Below, piece by piece: positions 1 through 6,465 of a DNA stretch of 28,701 bases. Under the pieces are notes generated by a model, which was given only the letters and a program-made list of their open reading frames with translations, ran no database searches and was not told the origin of the DNA. A program made the position numbers and the translations under genes. Source of the DNA: Conexivisphaerales archaeon (GTDB lineage Archaea; Thermoproteota; Nitrososphaeria; Conexivisphaerales; DTJL01); NCBI GenBank assembly GCA_049509455.1, contig JBEKZX010000017.1:1-28701 (forward strand), given 5' to 3'. Every line of letters begins with the position of its first letter. Within the stretch, counting starts at the first letter, position 1.

Positions 1-197
1 CTGACCTCGGCGGCCCCGTCCAGTATCACGTAGAACCCTATTCCCAGCTCTCCCTCCTTGACGATCGTCTGGCCTGACCTGAAGGACATATCATGGCCCA
101 GCTTGACGACCCTTTCGAGCTGGTTCTTCTTCAGCTGAGAGAAAAGTGGAACGGAGTGCAAGGCGTCGGCGAATCCCGAGCGGCCCTCCTCCTTCAT
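1..197 (-). CDS. Cyclic nucleotide-binding (cNMP/CAP_ED) domain protein, 3' end cut off by the window edge
   Basis: Manual translation from ATG at 197: MKEEGRSGFADALHSVPLFSQLKKNQLERVVKLGHDMSFRSGQTIVKEGELGIGFYVILDGAAEV. The L-x-x-VPLF-x-x-L ... F-x-x-G-x-x-I-x-x-EG ... FYVI-x-x-G pattern is the cNMP-binding domain N-half. A TATA box lies 24 nt upstream. Confidence 0.85.
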   Translation of the reverse strand, partial: MKEEGRSGFADALHSVPLFSQLKKNQLERVVKLGHDMSFRSGQTIVKEGELGIGFYVILDGAAEV

Positions 198-220
198 CAG
201 GCGAAGTGTCTCATGTGGAG

Positions 221-227
221 ATTTAAA
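221..227 (-). promoter_or_regulatory. Archaeal TATA box for the cNMP-domain gene, probably a leaderless transcript
   Basis: Minus strand reads TTTAAAT, 24 nt upstream of ATG 197. Confidence 0.55.
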
Positions 228-340
228 CCCATCGTCGGTCCCGCACACGAGACTTCGGGGAGGCGGCCCGAGATGGGGTGGCGCGACATGCTCCGTCCCG
301 GGCCGACGCCTGCTTTGCGCTTGGCTACATTTCAGAACCC

Positions 341-346
341 AAAAAA
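341..346 (-). terminator. Possible oligo-U archaeal terminator after the DUF1059-like gene
   Basis: T6 run on the minus strand, 8 nt after the stop codon at 355-357. Confidence 0.35.
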
Positions 347-354
347 TGGGAAAC

Positions 355-543
355 TCAGAAGAAGCTCTTGCTGCCTTTGATGGCGCCTTGAATCTTCGTC
401 ATCATGTCCGGCGCGACTTGTTGCATATTGGGTGCATCCTTCATGTGCTGAACGACCTTCGGTATCATCTCAAATTCCGAATTGGCACTGGTCGTGAACG
501 CGCAGTTCATGCCGATGTCCTTGCAGGCGAATGTCTTGGCCAT
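355..543 (-). CDS. Small metal-binding protein, DUF1059-like (62 aa)
   Basis: MAKTFACKDIGMNCAFTTSANSEFEMIPKVVQHMKDAPNM...KIQGAIK fits the C-x6-C...H...AIK pattern. ATG 543 is preceded by a GTGA-like SD; the track starts it at GTG 552. Confidence 0.8.
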   Translation of the reverse strand: MAKTFACKDIGMNCAFTTSANSEFEMIPKVVQHMKDAPNMQQVAPDMMTKIQGAIKGSKSFF

Positions 544-821
544 GATGGTCACTCACTAGCGTCCCCGGAGCGCTATTCAGACCTGTCTAGGTCCACATTG
601 GTGCTTCTGTCGGCTCTCCAGGAGGGAGCAGGCTTAGAGAGCTTGAGCTGACTGGTGACGACAGGAACACTTTGCTCCTGGCAGGCACAACCGTCGTGTC
701 GCGGCCAGTTCTACGTCAGGATGATGATGGAGAGCCTTCGGCAGAATGGGTGATAAGGGGGGAACGGCGAGGTGATCTCTAAGAGGGAGCCTCTCCGCTC
801 TCCTGGACTCTTGCATCTGAC

Positions 822-1325
822 CTAGTAGATCATCAGGTCCAGGCTTTCGAGGAGAGTGTGCAGGTTGTTCACCGCCCTGTAGACATCTTCTTCCTTCTTG
901 GCTCCGGTGCACACCAGCTTCCCGCTGGCGAAGAGGAGGATGACGGTCTTCGGCTCCGCCATCCTGTGTATCAGGCCGGGGAACTGCTCGGGCTCGTACA
1001 TGCTGCGAGGAAGGGTAAGGGCCGCCTCCTCCAGCTTGACGCGGCCTCCCAAGCTCGCCGAAGCGACTATGTTCTGGATCTCTACTTCAGCCTCGTTCTC
1101 CACCTTGATTCCCGACTTGCGGAGCCTCTGGACCACCATCTTCACGGCCTTGCGGGATTGCTCTTCGCTCTTGGCTCCGGTGCACACCATTTTGCCGGAG
1201 TTGAAGATCAGCGTGGCGGTCTTCGGTGCCTTGAGGCGGAAGACCAGCCCAGGGAACTGTTCGGGATGGTATTCGACGTCCGGGAAGAGTCGCGTGATTT
1301 CGTTGAGGTCTATCTTCTGGTTCAC
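822..1325 (-). CDS. tbp: TATA-box-binding protein (TBP), N-terminally truncated; possible pseudogene
   Basis: Two TBP repeats (YHPEQFPGLVFRL...LIFNSGKMVCTGAKS; QNIVASASLGG...YEPEQFPGLIHRM...LLFASGKLVCTGAK). The first-repeat NVVAS strand is absent, and an in-frame TGA lies at 1359-1361. Confidence 0.9.
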   Translation of the reverse strand: MNQKIDLNEITRLFPDVEYHPEQFPGLVFRLKAPKTATLIFNSGKMVCTGAKSEEQSRKAVKMVVQRLRKSGIKVENEAEVEIQNIVASASLGGRVKLEEAALTLPRSMYEPEQFPGLIHRMAEPKTVILLFASGKLVCTGAKKEEDVYRAVNNLHTLLESLDLMIY

Positions 1326-1360
1326 GCTGGCCCAAGTCGCTGGTGTCTCCCAAAGCCGTC

Positions 1361-1525
1361 ATGGAGTCTAGGCCCACCAGCAGGTTAAAGGGCAAGCTAG
1401 GCTTAAGAAGGAGACGACGGAGAGGTAGACCAAGAATGACATTTGCACGTGCGAAGAAGTGGGAAATAATAAGGAAGCGGAGAAAGATCTCGCACCAGAA
1501 GTCGTTGGAAAAGGGTAAGAAGTAG
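1361..1525 (+). CDS. Possible small, very basic protein with an AT-hook-like RRGRPR motif (54 aa)
   Basis: MESRPTSRLKGKLGLRRRRRRGRPRMTF...; 24 of 54 residues are K/R. No recognisable family or promoter, so it may be a compositional artefact. Confidence 0.25.
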   Translation: MESRPTSRLKGKLGLRRRRRRGRPRMTFARAKKWEIIRKRRKISHQKSLEKGKK

Positions 1526-1830
1526 ACGCTGGAAAGGCTCAGGTTGAGACGCGCCTGATCTTTGTCAGTTATCAAGCCACATCCAGTGGGTCGTAAGATG
1601 CGACACCATATGACCGGTCAAAGCGGGAATCTCCCTGAGACGAATTCAGAGGGATCCAGACAGGTCCTAATCCCCCGATCCGCTGCTGCTTGCAGTTCCC
1701 AAGAGTAATGTGATACGACATCCGGCCATACAGCCGAAGATGCGGCTCCTTCTGATTAGGGAGAAAAGGTAACTGCCACGAGCTTCATACGGCCGAAATC
1801 TTGTATGGCACCACTTCGCCCCGTCGGCGG

Positions 1831-2565
1831 CTACCTCCACTTGGTCAGTATCTCCTCACGCTGGAAGGTGGCCTTGCTCACGAAGAACAGGGCCACGTCG
1901 GCGACCAAGATGGCGGCCGAAATCTCAAGAAGGGTGAAAGGGTCGATTGAAACCGCGCCGGACTCTCCCAGCACGAAGATCGCCACCAGCGGAAGGACCA
2001 CGAGGCTGCCTAGCTGCTGGGCCGCTCTCACGTCGTTGACCCGGGAGGAAACCACCACGTTGAACTCGACGCTGAGGACGCAGACCAGGGGGACGGCGAC
2101 CAGGAGTATCACGGCGGCATTCCAGTCTGGAAAGAGAAGGCCGCCGACCTGGCCGTAGGTCATCACGTCCACGAAGACCATGAAGATGATGGCCCCGGCG
2201 TACGTCGCCGCCACCGACGGAAGGAAGGCCGCCAGCCCCTTCCCCATGAGGAGCTCGGCATCGGTGGTGGGGGTCGCCAGGAGGGGCTCAAGGCTCTTCT
2301 GGACCTTCTCTCCGATGAAGCTGTAGGACGCGATGACGGAGGGGAGGAGTGCCGCCAGCATGATGAAGAGCGTCATCTCCGACCCCATCAGGACCTCCAG
2401 CTGCGGGACGGGGATCTCCTTGCCGCGCACCGCGAACAGTATGCTTCCCGGCATCAGCAGCGAAAGGATGACGGGGAGGGCCACCAATGAGTAGATGACG
2501 TACCTCTTCTTCTTGAATACGTCGAAGTCCTTCATGGCGACGGTCCACGACTTCCAGAGTCTCAA
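1831..2565 (-). CDS. ABC-2 type exporter permease
   Basis: Six hydrophobic segments plus the ABC-2 motif SFIGEKVQKSLEPLLATP; directly downstream of an ABC ATPase. TTG start. Confidence 0.9.
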   Translation of the reverse strand: MRLWKSWTVAMKDFDVFKKKRYVIYSLVALPVILSLLMPGSILFAVRGKEIPVPQLEVLMGSEMTLFIMLAALLPSVIASYSFIGEKVQKSLEPLLATPTTDAELLMGKGLAAFLPSVAATYAGAIIFMVFVDVMTYGQVGGLLFPDWNAAVILLVAVPLVCVLSVEFNVVVSSRVNDVRAAQQLGSLVVLPLVAIFVLGESGAVSIDPFTLLEISAAILVADVALFFVSKATFQREEILTKWR

Positions 2566-2574
2566 GCGGCCGTT

Positions 2575-3489
2575 TCACCCCCCTACCAGCTTCAGATAGA
2601 TGTCCTCGAGGGTCGGTCGGAGCTCGGTGACATACTGTACCCGGCCGCCGGCCCCCACCACCGCGCTCACTATCTTCGGATTGTCGACGTCACCGTCGTC
2701 CACGTCCACGATGACCTTGTTATCGAAGGCCTCAATCCTAGTGAACCCGAGGCCCCTGACCGCCGAAACCATCCCGTCGTCGACGCGGGCGAGGTGAATC
2801 ACGGTCTTCCTCCCCCACAGGGACTCCCTGAGCTTCTGGGGGGAGCCGACGGCCAGCAGGGAAGTCCTCAGGACGCCTATCCTGTCACAGACCCGCTGCG
2901 CCTCGTCCAGGTTGTGGGTGTTGAGTAAGATGGTCCTCTTCTCCTTCTTCAGCTCCAGTATGAAGTCCCTCACCGTCTTGGCCGACTCCGGGTCCAGGTT
3001 GGCGGTCGGCTCGTCGAGAAATATCACGCGGGGGTCGTGCACTAGGGCCCGGGCTATGGCGATCTTCTGCTTCATGCCCTTGGAGAAGGTCCCCACGGGG
3101 CTGTCCCTCTTCTCCCACAGGCCCAGCATCCTGAGAAGGCGCTCGACCCCCTCCATCCTCTGAGCGTCGGAGCACTCGTAGAGCCTGGCGAAGAAGTCCA
3201 GGTTCCGGTACGCGCTGAGCTCGTCGTAGAGGCCCACGTTCTCGGGGAGGAAGCCCACCATCTTGCGGATCTTGAGGTTCTCCTCTTCGCCGCCCACTTC
3301 GTAGTCTCCTACCCTGGCCGTCCCGCTCGTCTTCGAAATAAGGCAGCAGAGCATCCTCACGGTGGTCGTCTTCCCCGCGCCATTGGGCCCCAGGAACCCG
3401 AAGACCTCGCCTTCCTCCACACGAAAGGTCAGGTTCTCGACGGCGGTCGCGTCGCCGAACCTCTTCGTAAGGCCGTCAGTCTCGATCAA
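2575..3489 (-). CDS. ABC transporter ATP-binding protein (drug/peptide exporter type)
   Basis: Walker A GPNGAGKT, signature FSKGM, Walker B VIFLDEPT, H-loop NTH. Confidence 0.95.
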   Translation of the reverse strand: MIETDGLTKRFGDATAVENLTFRVEEGEVFGFLGPNGAGKTTTVRMLCCLISKTSGTARVGDYEVGGEEENLKIRKMVGFLPENVGLYDELSAYRNLDFFARLYECSDAQRMEGVERLLRMLGLWEKRDSPVGTFSKGMKQKIAIARALVHDPRVIFLDEPTANLDPESAKTVRDFILELKKEKRTILLNTHNLDEAQRVCDRIGVLRTSLLAVGSPQKLRESLWGRKTVIHLARVDDGMVSAVRGLGFTRIEAFDNKVIVDVDDGDVDNPKIVSAVVGAGGRVQYVTELRPTLEDIYLKLVGG

Positions 3490-3495
3490 CGGAGG

Positions 3496-3774
3496 TCACT
3501 TGGACCCATCTGAATCTCTTCTGTTGTCCCCGTCGAGTTCCTCCGACTTTGAGTCCTCTATCCTCTTCCTTTTGAGCTCCTCATCCGAGAGGGGCTCGCT
3601 TTTTGGCTTATGCTCCTCCGGCGGCCAAGTGACCTCGTCCGTCACGAAGTTGTTCATCATGCTTCTCTTGCCGCAGGCGGGGCACTTGGTGTATCTCCAG
3701 GGGCCGACGTGGACCAGGCTGAGGCCGACCTCGACCTCGAAGACGGCGCCGCACTTGGGGCACTTGGCTCTCAT
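3496..3774 (-). CDS. Zinc-ribbon protein with a charged C-terminal tail (92 aa)
   Basis: CPKC...CPAC pairs. ATG 3774 lies 25 nt downstream of a TATA-like box. First gene of the apparent ABC operon. Confidence 0.75.
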   Translation of the reverse strand: MRAKCPKCGAVFEVEVGLSLVHVGPWRYTKCPACGKRSMMNNFVTDEVTWPPEEHKPKSEPLSDEELKRKRIEDSKSEELDGDNRRDSDGSK

Positions 3775-3798
3775 AGGAGGCCGAGACCTCAAGGCACG

Positions 3799-3813
3799 TA
3801 TTTATCGGTTTTT
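3799..3813 (-). promoter_or_regulatory. BRE/TATA promoter of the Zn-ribbon/ABC operon
   Basis: Minus strand reads AAAAACCGATAAATA, ending 25 nt before ATG 3774. Confidence 0.5.
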
Positions 3814-3994
3814 GGTGTCGATGCCAGGAGGGGAGGAGGTATCGCCTCCAGCTCTTTCATTCACAATTACTGTCGAAGTGGCGCCCAGGAATCAACACAT
3901 GTTAACCTATCCCCTGACCCATCCCCCAAGTGGACCACCGCCGAGCAACACGCCTAGCAACGCCGAGAGTCAAGGGAAGGAGAAGCAGAAACCC

Positions 3995-4501
3995 CTAGGA
4001 GCGCTTAGAGGCCCGTGTCCTGGGGTTGTTCCAGAACCACTGCATCCTAGGGGGCTCGACGTTCTCCTGCCACAGCAGGGCGATCAGCTCCCCAATGTGG
4101 AACAGCTGCTCTGTGAACGACTGCAGCAAGCACTCCTCGGCTGAGAGGTCGAAGGTTCCGGAACGAACCGTGAAGGTCACCCGCCTTCCTAGCTCGTTCT
4201 CGTCCGCCTTCTCCAGGTAGGCCTCGGTCTTCTTTTCGACCTCATCGAGGTGCTCTCTGATCATCTTGATGTCCCTGTACTCCTCCCATTCCCGCGCCCT
4301 CCTGTAGTCAGGAACCCTGAGGATCTGGCCGCTCACGACCATGTCTTCGTTGTCAATCATGTGGAGCATGATGTCCTTCATGCTGTTGAAGCTGGCTTCA
4401 CGGTTCTTCGTGACGACCTCCCAAGGCAGGCTGGCGAGCTTTTCCAGAAATGCCCGCCTCACCGTTGAGGAGTACTGGTGGAGTTCCCTGATGGTGATCA
4501 A
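3995..4501 (-). CDS. DinB/DUF664-family four-helix-bundle protein (168 aa)
   Basis: SMKDIMLHMIDNED and TEQLFHIGELIALL match the DinB metal-site helices. Start moved from 4693 to TTG 4501, which is 25 nt downstream of a TATA-like box. Confidence 0.8.
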   Translation of the reverse strand: MITIRELHQYSSTVRRAFLEKLASLPWEVVTKNREASFNSMKDIMLHMIDNEDMVVSGQILRVPDYRRAREWEEYRDIKMIREHLDEVEKKTEAYLEKADENELGRRVTFTVRSGTFDLSAEECLLQSFTEQLFHIGELIALLWQENVEPPRMQWFWNNPRTRASKRS

Positions 4502-4525
4502 CCAAAATGAGTCTCCGACCAAGGG

Positions 4526-4536
4526 ATAAAATCGTT
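4526..4536 (-). promoter_or_regulatory. TATA-like box for the DinB gene
   Basis: Minus strand reads AAACGATTTTAT; TTTTAT ends 25 nt upstream of TTG 4501. Confidence 0.45.
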
Positions 4537-4737
4537 TGCTCTGATTCACCTCATCCCCGCACTCGTGGCAGAACCCATGTCGCGAATTCACCCACTCCAT
4601 GAGGAAAGGATTCCTGGCGCGTCTGCGCTCTCCGTCCCAAGCCCCCCACCCGATGTCACCCGGCCGAAGGCCGCTGAGACATAAGGAAGGCAAGTCTTAA
4701 GACGCCAGTCTACGCCATCGTTCAATCGGGGAGGCAT

Positions 4738-5580
4738 TTGAAGGGGAAGATCGTGCTTCTGACCGGCGGGAACTCGGGCATCGGGAAGGCCGCGGCCATG
4801 GAGCTGGCAAAGATGGGTGCGGAGCTCACCCTCGTCTGTCGCGACAGGGGGAGGGCCGAGGAGGCCAAGGGCGAGATAGTCAGCAAGAGCGGGAACAGGT
4901 CCGTCGACCTGATAATAGCCGACTTCCTCCTACAGAAGGAGGTCAGGAGGGCCGCAGCGGAGTTCCTGTCTTCACGGACGAGGCTCGACGTCCTGGTCAA
5001 CAACGCAGGGAGCCCCTTCCCCTCGTACGCGGAGACCGAGGACGGCGTGGAGAGGACCATGGCCCTGAACTATTTCGCGCCGTTCCTGTTTACGAACCTC
5101 CTCCTGGGCACGCTGATTGCGAGCGCGCCCTCCAGGGTGGTTAACGTCTCTTCCTCCGCGCACTTCCGAGCGAAGCTGGACCTGAGCGACATCAACGGGA
5201 GGAAGGACTTCGGATTGGGCGGCCTGGGGGCGTACGGCCGATCGAAGCTGGCCCTGAACCTCTTCGCATTCGAGCTGGCGGGGAGGGTGGAGCGTAGAGG
5301 GGTCACCGCCAATTGCCTCCATCCCGGCACCGTCAGGACCCACATCTGGGCCCACGCCGGAACCTTCAGCCCTCTGGTCAGGTTCGCCACCCTCTTCATG
5401 ATCGGACCGGAGGAGGGCGCGAAGACGACGGTGTTCCTGGCATCATCCCCGGAGGTAGAGGACGTCACCGGAAAGTACTTCGAGAAGTGCAAGGCCAGGA
5501 CCCCTTCGCCCGAGTCCAACGACGGGGAGATGGCCTCGAGACTGTGGGACCTGAGCATGAAGATGACGGGATTGACGTAG
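4738..5580 (+). CDS. Short-chain dehydrogenase/reductase (retinol dehydrogenase-like)
   Basis: TGGNSGIG cofactor motif, NNAG, VNVSS and catalytic YGRSK, followed by LHPGTVRT. Confidence 0.95.
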   Translation: MKGKIVLLTGGNSGIGKAAAMELAKMGAELTLVCRDRGRAEEAKGEIVSKSGNRSVDLIIADFLLQKEVRRAAAEFLSSRTRLDVLVNNAGSPFPSYAETEDGVERTMALNYFAPFLFTNLLLGTLIASAPSRVVNVSSSAHFRAKLDLSDINGRKDFGLGGLGAYGRSKLALNLFAFELAGRVERRGVTANCLHPGTVRTHIWAHAGTFSPLVRFATLFMIGPEEGAKTTVFLASSPEVEDVTGKYFEKCKARTPSPESNDGEMASRLWDLSMKMTGLT

Positions 5581-5623
5581 GCCTCTCCCCTGTAAACGAA
5601 CCTCCAGGGCTGTTTCAATTGAT

Positions 5624-5679
5624 TCCAAGTGCTTGCTACCTACCGCCGGACCCGTCCCCAGAGCAGCTACGCACTTGGA
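5624..5679. other. Inverted repeat (stem-loop) between convergent SDR and ferritin genes
   Basis: TCCAAGTGC (5624-5632) and GCACTTGGA (5671-5679) form a perfect 9-bp inverted repeat. Inner TGCT/AGCA pairing is also possible. Confidence 0.5.
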
Positions 5680-5747
5680 GCCGGAGCTTCACAGTAGCCT
5701 GACAGGGCGGGGCCGGCCCGAGCGCTATCCTGCGAGGCGAGCTCCTC

Positions 5748-6242
5748 TTACTTGGCCTTCCTCTGGGCCAGCTCTCCGTCGATGACTATGAGCCCGACGC
5801 CACCGTCGCCGGCTATCTTCAGCCTCTGCACTATCTCGTCCACAGACTTCTCCTCCTCCACCTGCTCGGCTACGAACCACTGGAGCATGTTGAACGTCGC
5901 GTTATCCTTCTCCGCCGAGGCCAGGGCCACCAGGTCATTGATCATCCCCGTCACCTTGGATTCATGCTGGAAGGCGGCTTCCACCGCCGCCCGCGGCGAT
6001 TCCCAGGAGAAGGGCGGCTCCCCCAAGGCGGAGATCCTGGCCCTCCCCGACCTGTCCAAGATGTACTCGAAGAACTTCCTTGCATGCACGAGCTCCTCCT
6101 GCGCCTGGACCTTCATCCAACTGGAGAATCCCTTGAGGTTGACGGACTCGAAATATGCCGCCATCGCAAGGTAGAGGTTGGACGAGTACAGCTCAGCGCC
6201 CACCTGCCCGTTCAGCGCGTCGACCACTTTCTTTGAAATCAA
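5748..6242 (-). CDS. ftn: Non-heme ferritin
   Basis: Ferroxidase-centre residues are present in AELYSSNLY, QAQEELVH, HE and FVAEQVEEE. The start MISKKVVDALNGQV (TTG 6242) resembles typical ferritin N-termini; TTG 6257 is an alternative. Confidence 0.95.
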   Translation of the reverse strand: MISKKVVDALNGQVGAELYSSNLYLAMAAYFESVNLKGFSSWMKVQAQEELVHARKFFEYILDRSGRARISALGEPPFSWESPRAAVEAAFQHESKVTGMINDLVALASAEKDNATFNMLQWFVAEQVEEEKSVDEIVQRLKIAGDGGVGLIVIDGELAQRKAK

Positions 6243-6434
6243 GCCATTTTTCGGCAATTCCTCCCTGTTCTTAACCGTACGGGAAGATGCACGAGCCCAC
6301 AGGGAAGGTCGTGAAGCGTCGGCCTAGCGATGCAAGGGACCTCTATAACCAAGAGGCATCCTGCGAAGGTGGATACCTCCATCAGGAGAGCCCACGTGCG
6401 AGATGCGTTGAGAAGCAGTCAAGTCACGCTATAC

Positions 6435-6441
6435 TTTTTAT
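6435..6441 (+). promoter_or_regulatory. TATA box for the adenylyl cyclase gene
   Basis: TTTTTAT, 25 nt upstream of GTG 6466. Confidence 0.5.
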
Positions 6442-6465
6442 GGGGTCGACGTGTATCGGCCTGCC

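Noticed and set aside
229-291. Partial matches to the repeated two-block element (CCATCGTCGGTC, CGACATGC)
   Set aside because: The blocks are in reverse order and upstream of the TATA box rather than downstream; they are short matches in GC-rich DNA.
1087-1575. Hydrophobic minus-strand ORF as a frameshifted N-terminus of TBP
   Set aside because: It contains no TBP S1-like sequence and no slippery site; its hydrophobicity mirrors the purine-rich opposite strand.
4502-4693. N-terminal extension of the DinB ORF containing FCHECGDEVNQSKRFYPLVG, which aligns with a zinc_ribbon_2 motif
   Set aside because: The second CxxC is absent, and the RFYP codons coincide with the TATA-like box 25 nt upstream of TTG 4501, so it is most likely promoter sequence read in frame.
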